A stretch of DNA of 64,000 nt from Armatimonadota bacterium (GCA_046292385.1 JBKBRF010000026.1:33023-97022); one strand, 5' to 3'; positions 37,003 to 47,785 are shown, counted from the stretch's first letter. Notes: generated by a model not told the origin, from the sequence alone. Program-made: numbers and translations.

Positions 37003-38307
37003 TTACGGAGGCCGGGTTCCGACCTCCGGCGGGGTGTAGTCGCCCAGCTCAGTGGAGAAGCCGGGCTCCAGCTCCACCACCCCTTCTCCCTCGCCCGGCG
37101 TACCGATGAGCGGCCGGAACGTCTGGAGGATGAACGGCGGCGCCAGGAGGGTGGTCGCCACCGCCATGAAGAGGACCACGGCGTAGAGATCGGCGTTCAG
37201 GATCCCCATGCTCATGCCGAGCTGGGCGACCACGATGCCGACCTCTCCCCGCGGCACCATGCCCCAGCCGACCTGCAGCGCGAGCGTGCGCCCGGAGCGG
37301 AGGAGCGGCAGGCCGCTGCCGACGAGCTTGCCTATTACCGCCAGGACGGTGATGCCGGCGCAGAGGGCGAGGACGTACGGCTTGGCGAGACTGGTCAGCT
37401 CGAGCTGCATGCCGATCGACACGAGGAAGAACGGCAGGAAGAACTCGGTCAGGTTCTCGATCCGGTGGTGCAGGCCGGTTTCCTCGGAGAACTCCGCGAA
37501 CGCCGTCCCCGCCAGGAACGCCCCGATGATCGGCGCGATCCCCGCTACGGAGGCGCCGACCGCCAGTCCCAGGCAGAGCGCCACCGCGCCGACGAAGAGC
37601 GCGTGCCCGATGCGCATCCGCTCGATCAGCGGGCGCGCTCGCCCGAGCACCCGTCCCCCCAGCACCAGCATCACCCCCACGAAGAGCAGCGAGGTGACTA
37701 CGGTGACGCCGATACCCGCCAGGTCGAGGCCGCCCTGCGCGAAGCCGCTCACTACCGCCAGCGCCAGCAAGCCGAGGATGTCGTCCAGGATCGCCGCCCC
37801 CAGGATGATGCGGCTGGGCAGCACCGTCAGCAGCCCCAGCGGCGCCAGGATGCGGGCGGTGATGCCGACGCTCGTGGCAACCATCGCCGTGCCGACGAAG
37901 AGGGCAACCGGCTGGGTGGCTCCCAGCATCAACATCAGCGCGTATCCAAGCAGGAACGGCACGATCACGCCGCCGACCGCCGCGGTGACCGCCGGCTTGC
38001 CCACGCGGCGGAGCTCCGAGGGACGGGTCTCCAGACCTACGGAGAAGAGCAGGAAGAGCACGCCCAGCTCCGAGAGCACGTGCACGATCTCGCTCGGACG
38101 CACGAGGCCGAGCACCTGCGGGCCGATCACCACGCCGGCCAGGATCTCGCCGACCACCGCCGGCTGCCGGAGCCGCTCGAAGATCTCCGCCGCGATCTTT
38201 GCAGAGATGAAGATCAGGAGCAGCGGCAGGAACAGTCCCAGCGCGTCGTGCGCGGCGCCTCCGCCCTCGGGAGCCGCCGCCAGGGGAAGCAGTTCAAAAG
38301 GATTCAT
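37003..38307 (-). CDS. cation:proton antiporter (CPA2/NapA-like)
   Basis: PAVVGEILAG, GLET, ATSVGIT, LDD, GAFLAG, PRGEVG motifs. Confidence 0.93.
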   Translation of the reverse strand: MNPFELLPLAAAPEGGGAAHDALGLFLPLLLIFISAKIAAEIFERLRQPAVVGEILAGVVIGPQVLGLVRPSEIVHVLSELGVLFLLFSVGLETRPSELRRVGKPAVTAAVGGVIVPFLLGYALMLMLGATQPVALFVGTAMVATSVGITARILAPLGLLTVLPSRIILGAAILDDILGLLALAVVSGFAQGGLDLAGIGVTVVTSLLFVGVMLVLGGRVLGRARPLIERMRIGHALFVGAVALCLGLAVGASVAGIAPIIGAFLAGTAFAEFSEETGLHHRIENLTEFFLPFFLVSIGMQLELTSLAKPYVLALCAGITVLAVIGKLVGSGLPLLRSGRTLALQVGWGMVPRGEVGIVVAQLGMSMGILNADLYAVVLFMAVATTLLAPPFILQTFRPLIGTPGEGEGVVELEPGFSTELGDYTPPEVGTRPP

Positions 38308-38841
38308 TATGATCGTGCGGTCTCCCGCAAAAGACTCCGGTCCGGACCGAGGACAACCGGCCCTGCGCAATGATATCCGGGCCGTGCGGGGAGCTTCAGG
38401 GTAGCCGCTGCTGCTCTCCGCGATGCTGGAGAACGCAACCACGCTCGGAAAGTATTTCGCTTCGGCTTCGCGCCGGGAAGGATTGCTCGCTCACATTCTT
38501 GAAGCTATGAGGAAGAGTGGTTGCAGGGCAGCCGAGAGCCGGTTGGCTGCTCGGTCTCCGGGCAATCAGCTTCCTCCGTTGGGCGGATTTTTTAACCTGC
38601 GTGGATCAGCCTAAAGGATGGGTCCCGAGGGCCGATAATGTATCCGAACTGGCTGTCCGTGAAGCGAACGAGCGACTGGCACGCTTCTTGTAGTCTCCTG
38701 CAGCAACGTCCTCCGCCGAAGGGACCGCCGGCGCCTCCCGGCATTGCGGTCCGGAACTAACCTTCGCCGCCGGCAGCGGCTCGAGTGCGATCGCGAGCCG
38801 GACTGCTTGATCTCTGGGGCGAGGTGCGAATCGACCGGCGC

Positions 38842-40785
38842 ATGGTGTACCCGATCCTGGAAGTAGCTGGAATCGGAGCGGAATCCCCTCAAGGCTCAGC
38901 TTCTCCCCACCTGGCGGAGCTGCTGCGGGGGACGATTGCCGCGCTGCCGACTCCCCTGCTGGTGACCTGCCTGCAGCGGGAAACGCTCGTCGTCGCCAAC
39001 CCGGCGTGCGAGGGCCTCTGGTCCACGGAGGCGATCGGCTCGCTCGCCAACCTGGAGCGGGCGATGCGGCAGGCCGCGGCGGACGGGGACCTGGTCTCCC
39101 GCCTCTGGCAGCAGCGCCGGGAGCTGGACCCGGATGAGTCCGGCGTCATCGCGTACCTCCTGCTGCAGGACGGTCGCCAGCTCCTCTGGAAGACGCTGCC
39201 GCTGCCCCAGAAGATCGACGGCGCTTCCCTCGAGCTGCACCTGTTCGAGGCCGCGGCTCCCGTGCCGGCCCAGTCCGCGCAGCGGGAGACCGACAGCCTT
39301 TTCCGCCTGAGCTTCGAAAAGGCGGCGGTCGGGATGACGCTCATCTCCTCCGACCTCCGCATCCTCCGGGCGAACGGCTCTTTCTGCGAGATGCTCGGCT
39401 TCCGCGAGGCGGAGCTGCTGGGCCGCTCCATCGCGTCGCTGGTGGAAGACGAGCAGGCGACCAACGAGGAGTGGCGGCAGCTCACCGCGGACCAGGAGAC
39501 GTTTCACCTGGAGCGCACCTTCCGCCGCTGGGACGGTCACTCGGTCTGGGTCTACCTCTCCGTCTCCGTAGTGCGGGACTCCCGGGGGCAGCCGATCTAC
39601 TTCATCGCGATGGCGGAAGATATCACCGCCCGCCGCCGGGAGGACGAGGAGCAGGCCCGCATCACCCAGGAGTTGATGGCGCTCGCCAGCACCGACGCGC
39701 TGACCGGCCTTTACAACCACCGCTCCATGCAGGAGCTGCTGGAGAACCGGGTGCTGCAGGCGCGGAAGAGCGGCCAGGTGCTTTCCGTCCTGATGCTGGA
39801 CCTCGACTTCTTCCGTCAGTGGAACGGTCGCTACGGACACGATGCCGGCGACCGCGCGCTCCGGACCGTGGCCGAATCGATGCGGCAATCGCTGCGCGGG
39901 CACGACCTCGCCTGTCGCTACGGCGGCGAGGAGTTCGTGATGATTCTCTCCGGCGCACACTTCGAGGCGGCGCTGCAGGCCGCCGAGCGCGTGCGGCGCC
40001 GGCTCAAGGACGCGCCGCCGATCGTTCCCGGCGCGGGGCCCGTCACCTGCTCCGTCGGCGTCGCTTCGTATCCCGCGCACGCTTCCACCGCGCAGTCGCT
40101 GCTCAAGGCGGCCGACATGGCGCTGCTGCAGGCGAAGCGCTCCGGCAAAGACCGCGTCTGCGGCTTCCGCCCGGATCTCTTCCAGGGACCCTGCGATAGT
40201 GTCGACCTGCTGAGCTCCGGCCTCCAGGGCGCCTCTCCGGAGGCGGTGAACGCCCTGGTGACCGCCATCGACCTGCGGGACCGCTACACCGGCGCCCACT
40301 GCCAGCGCGTGGGCCGCGTGGCGGTCACCATCGCGGAGCACCTGGGCTGCTCTCCGGAGGAGCTGGAGATCCTGCGGACCGGCGCCTCGCTGCTCGACGT
40401 GGGCAAGATCGGGCTGCCGGACGAGCTGCTGGTCAAGCCGGACCATCTTTCCCCCGCGGAGTGGGAGCTGATGCGCCAGCACCCCGTCTGGGGCGAGCAG
40501 CTCCTGCGCCGCTCCGCCCTGCCGGAAGGAGTGCAGCAGCTCGTGCGCTGGCACCACGAGCGCCTGGACGGGAGCGGCTACCCGGATGGGCTCTCCGGCG
40601 ACGCCCTCCCGCGGGTCGTCCGCATCGTCAACGTGGTCGACGTCGCCGTGGCGCTCCGCGGAGACCGTCCGCACCGCCGCGCCTGGCCCCGCGCCCGGGT
40701 GCAGCAGCACCTCCGGGATCTGGCCGGCACCCAGCTCGACCCGGTGGTGGTCGAGGCCTACTGCCACCTCTTCCCCGCCGATTGA
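38842..40785 (+). CDS. PAS-GGDEF-HD-GYP protein
   Basis: PAS/PAC, DALTGLYN, RGHD I-site, GGEEF, HHERLDGSGYP; the HD motif is degenerate. Confidence 0.9.
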   Translation: MVYPILEVAGIGAESPQGSASPHLAELLRGTIAALPTPLLVTCLQRETLVVANPACEGLWSTEAIGSLANLERAMRQAAADGDLVSRLWQQRRELDPDESGVIAYLLLQDGRQLLWKTLPLPQKIDGASLELHLFEAAAPVPAQSAQRETDSLFRLSFEKAAVGMTLISSDLRILRANGSFCEMLGFREAELLGRSIASLVEDEQATNEEWRQLTADQETFHLERTFRRWDGHSVWVYLSVSVVRDSRGQPIYFIAMAEDITARRREDEEQARITQELMALASTDALTGLYNHRSMQELLENRVLQARKSGQVLSVLMLDLDFFRQWNGRYGHDAGDRALRTVAESMRQSLRGHDLACRYGGEEFVMILSGAHFEAALQAAERVRRRLKDAPPIVPGAGPVTCSVGVASYPAHASTAQSLLKAADMALLQAKRSGKDRVCGFRPDLFQGPCDSVDLLSSGLQGASPEAVNALVTAIDLRDRYTGAHCQRVGRVAVTIAEHLGCSPEELEILRTGASLLDVGKIGLPDELLVKPDHLSPAEWELMRQHPVWGEQLLRRSALPEGVQQLVRWHHERLDGSGYPDGLSGDALPRVVRIVNVVDVAVALRGDRPHRRAWPRARVQQHLRDLAGTQLDPVVVEAYCHLFPAD

Positions 40786-40996
40786 GCTCCTCCGTCGCCG
40801 GTCGGCCGGGGTGGTCTCCGACCTTGCGATTCCTTCTGTCCACGGTGAGTTTTGGCCGGCTCTCCGCCCGGGCAGAGTAGCGTGGACTTGCCCGGGACTT
40901 GCGGCGCAGAGCCGGCGCCGCTCCCCTGACCCGGGTACCCCGTTACTCCCGAAGCGGTCCGGCTCATCTCGAGCCGGGGAAGGAGACGCACTACCG

Positions 40997-41503
40997 ATGA
41001 ATGAGTTGCGCGACGCCTACATCATGGAGCTCCAGGATCTCTATGACGCGGAGCAGCAGATCCTCCAGGCCCTCCCGCAGATGGCGCAGGCTGCCTCGCA
41101 CGACGAGCTGCGGCGGGCGCTGCAGGAGCACGAGCAGCAGACGCGGGGGCAGGTGCGGCGCCTGGAGCAGATCTTCCAGCGCCTCGGACAGGCGCCCGGA
41201 GGCCGGCAGTGCCGGATCGTCCAGGCGATGATCCAGGACGGACAGGAGAAGCTGCGCCAGGGCGGGGCCCCGGATACTCTCGACGCGCTGATCATTGCGA
41301 CCCAGCAGAAGATCGAGCATTACGAGATAGCCGGCTACGGGACGGCGCGCTCCTGGGCGGTCCACATGAACGAGCTGGACGCGGCCGAGCTGCTGCAGCA
41401 GACGGCAGACGAGGAGGGCGAGACCGACAAGCGCCTCACCCGCCTGGCGGAGAGCCGCATCAACCGGGAGGCGATGTCCCGGCCTCGGGCCGCGGCCGCC
41501 TGA
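40997..41503 (+). CDS. DUF892 (YciE/YciF) ferritin-like protein
   Basis: ELQDLYDAEQQ, H..QT..QV.RLE, QKIEHYEIAGYG, EE..TD motifs. Confidence 0.92.
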   Translation: MNELRDAYIMELQDLYDAEQQILQALPQMAQAASHDELRRALQEHEQQTRGQVRRLEQIFQRLGQAPGGRQCRIVQAMIQDGQEKLRQGGAPDTLDALIIATQQKIEHYEIAGYGTARSWAVHMNELDAAELLQQTADEEGETDKRLTRLAESRINREAMSRPRAAAA

Positions 41504-41635
41504 TTCCCTCCGGTGAACCGGAGGCAGCATGCACCGGGGCCGGGCGAGATCTCGCCCGGCCCCGGCTCGTGGATCTGGGCAGAGTGCGCGCCCTGCGCCT
41601 GCCACAGACCGGCCGGGCTCCGCGGAGCTCGGCGG

Positions 41636-42373
41636 CTACTGTTGGGCTCCGTTTCCGTTCTGCCCGTTCAGACCCGCGAGGCCGCGGGACGTGCGCAAGT
41701 GCTCCCGCAGCGGCGGCAGGCTCTCCGAGGCGAAGGCGCGGACATCGGGATCGGTGGAATGCCGCGCGTGGAACTCGAAGTCTGCCACGGTCTTGGCGTG
41801 GTGCTTGAGCTGCTCTCCGACCCAGGCCTGGTCGAACTGGGAGCCGGAGAGGCGCCCCAGTACCGAGCGGATCTCGCGGTGCTGGACCGGCATGAACTGC
41901 AGCCCGAGCTGGCTCAAGTTGCCCCGCATCTCCTGTACCCGGATCGTCTCCGGCGCGGCGCCGCCGCCGGCACCCTGCGGTGCGGCTCCAGCGCCGTTCC
42001 GCGCGGGCATGGGATCGGGGAGCTCGATCCCCTTGGACTCGGCGAGTGCCCGCACCCGGGTGCTGTGTGCCTGGTGGTCCTGCACCAGGCGCTGCGCGAA
42101 GCTGCGCACGTTGTCGCTGCTGCCTCGCTGCTGCGCCATCTGGGACAAGTCGATCTCCATCATGTCTCCGAGGGCGGAGGCGACCACGAACCGCCGGTCC
42201 ATCATGGAGACGCGGCCTTCATTTCCGGGTTGACCGGCCGCGGCGTCCGGTTGCCCCGGCTGCCGGTCCGGCTCTGGCTGCGGTCCGGCGATCGACACCT
42301 GCGCCAGTAATGCGGAGGCGGCGATCAGCAACCCGACGACACGCAGATGGGTGCTCTGACCTGTAGTGGCCAT
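41636..42373 (-). CDS. DUF4142 domain protein
   Basis: DRRFV...EI..SQ.A...VRSFAQRLVQDH...FD..W...H...LP.LREHL. Confidence 0.85.
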   Translation of the reverse strand: MATTGQSTHLRVVGLLIAASALLAQVSIAGPQPEPDRQPGQPDAAAGQPGNEGRVSMMDRRFVVASALGDMMEIDLSQMAQQRGSSDNVRSFAQRLVQDHQAHSTRVRALAESKGIELPDPMPARNGAGAAPQGAGGGAAPETIRVQEMRGNLSQLGLQFMPVQHREIRSVLGRLSGSQFDQAWVGEQLKHHAKTVADFEFHARHSTDPDVRAFASESLPPLREHLRTSRGLAGLNGQNGNGAQQ

Positions 42374-42630
42374 CGATACTACTCCTGTGCTTGCGTTCGA
42401 GCACGGTTGGCTGCGAGCCGAACTTTGCTTCGGTTCAGGGCCCGGCCGCCGGCTGCGACTCATCGGGCCCGTTCGGATCGGCTCTCAGGTCTTGCAGGTG
42501 TTCCAGAGCTCCCCGGCGCCGGGGAGCTCTCCGTCGCGTCGATATGCCCGCGGTGTTCCGGCGCCGACACCTTTCCGCCGCACGATTTCTGTAGGGGAAA
42601 GGATCGGAGTGCCCGGAAGCGGCCGACGTT

Positions 42631-43356
42631 TCAGGGTGAGCCGGCGGTGAGCCAGGCGGCGGCTTCCCGGGAGATCTCCGGTGGGATGGTGTGGGGGCCG
42701 TCGAATTCGCGGTAGCGCACGTCGTATCCGGCGCGCTCCAGCTGGGGCACGATCCGCCGGCTGCACGGGTCGATCCGCAGGATGTCGTCGCGGATGCCGT
42801 GGGAGATATAGATCCGTGGGGCGCCTTCCTGGCGCGGCGGGGCCATGAATCCGGGCGAAAAGGCTACGACGTGGCTGAACAGGTCGCCGTTGCCGATCCC
42901 GAGGGAGAGCGCGTAGGAGGCGCCGTCCGAGAAGCCGCCGATCGCGACGCGGCAAGGGTCGACGGCGCACCGTGAAAACGCGTGCTCCAGCGCCGCGTTG
43001 ATGAAGAGGACGTCCGGCCCGTACTCGTCCAGCAGCACGTCCCAGGTCCGCCCCCGGGAGTCGACCGCCAGGAGAACCAGGCCAAAGTCTTCCGCCAGGT
43101 ACCGGAGCAGCGAGAGGCCGTGCTCCGCGTTCCCGCCCGCCCCGTGCAGCAGCAGCGCGAATGGGGCGGGGCGGTCGCGCCGGTAGGAAGCCGGCAGGTA
43201 GAGGAGCCCGTCCCGGCGACCGTCCAGGCCGAGCCGGTGCTGCCCCGGCTCCAGCGTCCGGGCTTCGGGAGGCGCCGGCTCCGGACGGGCCGTGATCCGC
43301 CCCTTCTCCGCCGCACTCCGATCGATCCCGCGATCGCCGCTGAGTCGCATCTGCAC
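42631..43356 (-). CDS. phospholipase/carboxylesterase (alpha/beta hydrolase)
   Basis: LHGAGG, GFSDG nucleophile elbow, SHG..D, FDGPH. Confidence 0.88.
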   Translation of the reverse strand: MQMRLSGDRGIDRSAAEKGRITARPEPAPPEARTLEPGQHRLGLDGRRDGLLYLPASYRRDRPAPFALLLHGAGGNAEHGLSLLRYLAEDFGLVLLAVDSRGRTWDVLLDEYGPDVLFINAALEHAFSRCAVDPCRVAIGGFSDGASYALSLGIGNGDLFSHVVAFSPGFMAPPRQEGAPRIYISHGIRDDILRIDPCSRRIVPQLERAGYDVRYREFDGPHTIPPEISREAAAWLTAGSP

Positions 43357-43516
43357 GTCTCCCCTCCCGGCTCCTGTTGCATGCGAGCCATGCCCGTGCC
43401 GGAGCGATGCAAATCCGTCCCGAGCGCCGGGCAGTTAAGCTCGGCAAGCGGGCCGTTGTCTCCGTATAGTTAGCTGGAGGGAGCGGCACGGTGCCGCCCG
43501 CTCTGGGAGCCTTCCG

Positions 43517-45043
43517 ATGCGCCGACTTCTCTGCACCCTGAGCCTGGCCTTCTTGAGCCTCTTCCTGCTCCGTCCGGCGGCCGCGCTGCCGCGCGTCACG
43601 TTGAAGCTGGAGGGGGTGGGAGTGCACGAGGCGCTGCGCCGCGTCTCCAGCGAGACCGGCTGGAGGCTGGCGCTTGACGACGTCGACGTCAACGATCCCC
43701 AGCCCCGTGCCCGACCGGAGAAGGCGGGCGCCACCGCCAGCTTCGATTGGAGCAACGCGCCGCTCGGCAAGGTCTGCCGCGACCTTGCCGCCGCCTACGG
43801 CTACGCCTTCGAGGCGGAGGAGTTGGAGACGCACGAGGTGCGGTTCTTCGCGCCGGAGCAGAAGGCTCCCGCCGCGCCGAAGTGGGCGGCGCGCGTGCCC
43901 GGGCTGACCTGCTACGTCGGCGAGATCGCGCGCACCGAAACCCGGGTGCTGACCCCGGAAGGGGAGGATCTGGAGGCGGAAACGAGCGTGCGCCTGCACG
44001 TCCGCCCGGACGACGCCGATCCGGACGCGATCCGCGCGATCGAGAATCTCCGCGTCACCGACGACCGCGGCAAGGTGCTGGAGCTGGAGCCGGTACGCCG
44101 CAACTGGTGGGGAGAGCGGCCGGATGAGTGGGTCTCGGAGGTGTACCTCGACGAGCTGCGGCCGCGGGTCCGGCGGATCGCCCGGCTGGACGGGGAAGTG
44201 GTGCTCTACCGGGTGGTGGAGACCCGGCGGCTGGAGGTGCCGGTCCGCGGCCAGACCCTGCCGCTGGACCGCAGCCTGCAGCCACTTGAAATCAACATCA
44301 GCCGGCTGGAGTACTCCCCCACGGTCCCGTTTGGGCGGCTGGGCGTAGCGCTGGAGGCGACCTGGCCGGCGGAAGGCCCGGACCTGGTCACCGATCTGGA
44401 AGAGCAGGGCTGGCCGGCTCCGGCGGTGCGGTTGAGCTCCGGGAAGCTGGTGACGCCGGACTGGCGCGCCGTGATCTTCCCCCGCCAGGACAGGCAGGTG
44501 GCGCAGGTCGACATCTCGCTGCGGGTCTCTCCGGACGATCCCCCGCAGGCACTGGTCTGGGACATGGTGGTCCGCTCGCAGCCTTCCCAGCGGGTGCCGT
44601 TCTCCATCCAGGATATCCCGCTTCCGGGCGGTCGCGGGGCGCCGGAGCCGGCCCCGGAGGCGCCTCCCGCGCGCGGGAAGCCGAACCTGGACCCGCAGGC
44701 TCCCCCCGTGGGGGAAGCGATTACCGGCCTGGCCGGCGCCGTGCTGATCGACGACCGTCCCGCCGTCCAGGGCGAGCTGGCGGTGGGCCTTCGCAAGAAG
44801 AACGGGGACGGCGGTTGGGGGCCGGTCCGCTGGCGGTACTTACCCCTGGACCGGAACGGCCAGGCCCGGCTGGAGGGGGTCGCCCCGGGGGAGTACCGGG
44901 TGGTGCGTGAGTACCGCACCCGCGGCGCGGACGGCCGGCTGCAGCCCGCCTCCGGGAAATGGGCGCCGGTCGAAGTGACCGTACAGATCGAGCGGGGGAA
45001 GGTGACCCCCCTTCCCCCGCTCCGAAAACTCCCGGACCGCTGA
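43517..45043 (+). CDS. secreted hypothetical protein
   Basis: Signal peptide; long GC3-biased ORF; beta-sandwich-like C-terminus. Confidence 0.75.
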   Translation: MRRLLCTLSLAFLSLFLLRPAAALPRVTLKLEGVGVHEALRRVSSETGWRLALDDVDVNDPQPRARPEKAGATASFDWSNAPLGKVCRDLAAAYGYAFEAEELETHEVRFFAPEQKAPAAPKWAARVPGLTCYVGEIARTETRVLTPEGEDLEAETSVRLHVRPDDADPDAIRAIENLRVTDDRGKVLELEPVRRNWWGERPDEWVSEVYLDELRPRVRRIARLDGEVVLYRVVETRRLEVPVRGQTLPLDRSLQPLEINISRLEYSPTVPFGRLGVALEATWPAEGPDLVTDLEEQGWPAPAVRLSSGKLVTPDWRAVIFPRQDRQVAQVDISLRVSPDDPPQALVWDMVVRSQPSQRVPFSIQDIPLPGGRGAPEPAPEAPPARGKPNLDPQAPPVGEAITGLAGAVLIDDRPAVQGELAVGLRKKNGDGGWGPVRWRYLPLDRNGQARLEGVAPGEYRVVREYRTRGADGRLQPASGKWAPVEVTVQIERGKVTPLPPLRKLPDR

Positions 45044-45051
45044 TCGAGCCG

Positions 45052-45513
45052 CTACCCCGCGATCGAGTAGGCGGACTCCCTCTCGGCGCTGGCGCTGATC
45101 TGGGTCAGGATGGTGCGGGTGATCTCGCGTTCATGTCGGTTCTGCGCCAGGCGGGCCGCATCGCTTCCATATCGCTCCGCTTCGGACAGGTCCGCCGGCT
45201 GCACCAGCGCGCGGGCGTCATTGCCCAGCTCCTCTACCAGCCGTTCCGTGGCGGTGTGCAGCTTGCGGATCCGGAATGCCAGCCAGAAGTTGGTGCTCCA
45301 CGTGTGCGGCGCGTCGCGATGGCGGATCCGGGCCTCATCCACGAGCGCCTCTTCGCGACGGGCCACCGCCAGGAAGCACTCCGCCCGCGTTTCAGCCTGC
45401 TGCTCCCGCTTCGTGGCCGCGCTCTCGGCCTTCGCCAGGTACGGCAGGCCGATCCCGGCAGTCGCTACCACACATCCCATCACGCACATCCATCGCTTCA
45501 GATTCGCTTGCAT
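45052..45513 (-). CDS. hypothetical protein
   Basis: ORF with an N-terminal hydrophobic segment and a helical remainder; start uncertain. Confidence 0.5.
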   Translation of the reverse strand: MQANLKRWMCVMGCVVATAGIGLPYLAKAESAATKREQQAETRAECFLAVARREEALVDEARIRHRDAPHTWSTNFWLAFRIRKLHTATERLVEELGNDARALVQPADLSEAERYGSDAARLAQNRHEREITRTILTQISASAERESAYSIAG

Positions 45514-45927
45514 CGTTGCCAACTCCGTGAAAGCATCCGGCGCTTCCATCCTGTAAACGTTAGAGCCGGGCAAAGTCGTGCACCGATAGCAGGCAAGGGG
45601 AGATGTTTTTTCTGTTGAGCGCCGGGCAGGCAAGCTGAGGGCGGACCCGCAACCACCCAAACCACTGCCTGGTGATATGTCCCGGTACCTCTACTCTGTT
45701 GGAGTAGGAGCAAGGGAGAGAGGGGGAGTAGGAGAGCCGCTCCCGTAAGTAGCTTCTCAAGCTCGCCCTCTCGCCCACTCTCCCTTGCCAAATCGACTCA
45801 TCAATCTCGGGCTGACGGAGTCCTAGCCGGAACTGCCACAGCCTGGCACCGGAGTCGAGACTGTCCGGCATTGCTTGCCGGGTAGGCGAGTCTCGCGGAG
45901 GCGCCGCGGATCAGGGGCGGCGCGGGA

Positions 45928-46788
45928 GTGAGGCGGATGGTACGTGCGATCTGGACCGGGGCGATCTCGTTTGGGCTGGTGGCGATTCCCGTGAAGGCGG
46001 TGCCGGCGCAGAGCGGCAAGGACATCCGCTTCTCCCTGATCCACCAGCCGTGCCACACCCGCATCAGCACGCGGAAGTACTGCCCGCACTGCGAGCGCGA
46101 GGTCTCCGGCGACGAGCTGGTGCGCGGCTTCGAGTACACCAAGGGCGAGTACGTGCTGGTGGAGGACGAGGAGCTGCAGGGGCTCGCAACCCCCGCGAAG
46201 CACACCCTCCAGATTCTGGACTTCGTGGAGATGTCGCAGGTCGACCCGGTCTACTTCGAGCGGCCGTACTACCTGCAGCCGGGTGCCGGGGGAGACCGCA
46301 CCTATGCCTTGCTGCACCAGGCGATGACCGAGAGCGGGCGGGTCGGCGTGGGTAAGGTGGCGCTGCGCGACCGGGAGCACCTGGCGCTGGTACGGCCGAT
46401 GAAGCACGCCCTGGTGATGGAGCTGATCTCCTTCCCGGACGAAGTCCGGAGCGTGGAGGAAGTGGTAGCGCCGCCGGAGGTGCGGGTCGACGAGCGCGAG
46501 CTGAAGATGGCGGAGTTCCTGATCGAGAGCATGAGCGCGCCGTTCGAGCCGGAGAAGTACCGCGACGACTACCGTGAGGAGCTGACCCGCTTAATCGAGG
46601 CGAAGGTGGAAGGCGGCACCGTCCGCGCGCGGAAGGCGCCGGACCGGGAGACGCGCGGTGAAGTGGTCGACCTGCTCGACGTCCTCCGCCGGAGCGTAGA
46701 GGCGGCGGGCGGCGGCGCGGAGGGCGCGTCGGAGCTCGCGGAAGAGAGGAAGCCGGCGAAGCGGCAGCGGACGAAGAAGGCGGCGTAG
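45928..46788 (+). CDS. ku: Ku protein (NHEJ)
   Basis: RAIWTGAISFGLVAIPV, RGFEY, YFERPYYL, VVDLLDVLRRSV; basic tail. Confidence 0.96.
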   Translation: MRRMVRAIWTGAISFGLVAIPVKAVPAQSGKDIRFSLIHQPCHTRISTRKYCPHCEREVSGDELVRGFEYTKGEYVLVEDEELQGLATPAKHTLQILDFVEMSQVDPVYFERPYYLQPGAGGDRTYALLHQAMTESGRVGVGKVALRDREHLALVRPMKHALVMELISFPDEVRSVEEVVAPPEVRVDERELKMAEFLIESMSAPFEPEKYRDDYREELTRLIEAKVEGGTVRARKAPDRETRGEVVDLLDVLRRSVEAAGGGAEGASELAEERKPAKRQRTKKAA

Positions 46789-46789
46789 C

Positions 46790-47785
46790 GTGCCGGTTTC
46801 CGCGCCCGCTTCCCGGATCATCCCGGCGTCGCTGCGGCCGATGCTCGCCACCGCCGCGGAGGGGCCGCTCGACTCGCCGGAGCTGGCCTACGAGGTGAAG
46901 TGGGACGGCATCCGGGTGCTGGTCGGCGTGCGCGGGGAGAGGGTGGAGCTGCTCACCCGCAACGGGATCGAGTGTGCGGCTCGCTTTCCGGAGCTCTCCG
47001 CCGTCTGCAGCCGCCTGCGCCGGCCGGACGCGCTGCTGGATGGCGAGGTGCTCCGCCTGGAGCAGGGCCGGCCTTCGTTCTGGGCGCTCCAGCGGCGCCT
47101 TCACACCACCGACAGCCGCCGCATCGCCGCGCTGGCCCGAGAGGAGCCGTGTGTGCTGATGCTGTTCGACATCCTGCGCCGGGGGGACGAGCCGCTGACC
47201 GGCCGCCCCTGGCAGGAGCGGCGCCGGATCCTGGAAGAGGAGGTGGAGGCCGAAGCGCGGGTCCAGCTCTCCCCGGTCTGGCCGTCCGGAGAGAAGCTCT
47301 GGGAGGTGGCGAGCCGGTTGGAGCTGGAAGGGGTGCTCGCCAAGCGGAGGAGCGGGCTCTACCATCCGGGGAAGCGGACGGCCGACTGGCTCAAGATCAA
47401 GGTCCACCACACGCTCGACACGGTGGTGGTCGGCTGGACCGAAGGCGCGGGAGAGCGGCGCGGCCTGCCCGGCGCGCTGCTGCTGGCGCTGAACACCCCC
47501 GCGGGGCTGATCGGCGTGGGGCACGTCGGCACCGGATTCGACCGCCGGGCGCTCGCGGAGGCGCTCGCCTTGCTCCAGCCGCTCGAAGTGCCGCGCTGCC
47601 CCCTCCCGGAGACCCCCAGAACGAATGCGCGGGCCCACTGGGTGCGGCCGGAGCGGGTCTGCGAGGTGCGCCACCAGGGCTGGAGCGCCGGCGGAAAGCT
47701 CCGCGCCCCGGTCTTCCTGCGCTGGCGGCCCGACAAGTCGCCGGAGGAGTGCCGCGCGTCCGTAGGCGCCAGCCATGCGGACTGA
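46790..47785 (+). CDS. ATP-dependent DNA ligase (LigD ligase domain / LigC-like)
   Basis: PMLA, EVKWDG, DGE, FD, EGVLAK, WLKIK, LRAPVF motifs. Confidence 0.93.
   Translation: MPVSAPASRIIPASLRPMLATAAEGPLDSPELAYEVKWDGIRVLVGVRGERVELLTRNGIECAARFPELSAVCSRLRRPDALLDGEVLRLEQGRPSFWALQRRLHTTDSRRIAALAREEPCVLMLFDILRRGDEPLTGRPWQERRRILEEEVEAEARVQLSPVWPSGEKLWEVASRLELEGVLAKRRSGLYHPGKRTADWLKIKVHHTLDTVVVGWTEGAGERRGLPGALLLALNTPAGLIGVGHVGTGFDRRALAEALALLQPLEVPRCPLPETPRTNARAHWVRPERVCEVRHQGWSAGGKLRAPVFLRWRPDKSPEECRASVGASHAD

Noticed and set aside
38423..38892. Short ORFs between the antiporter and the GGDEF gene
   Set aside because: No motifs or codon bias; more likely a divergent promoter region.
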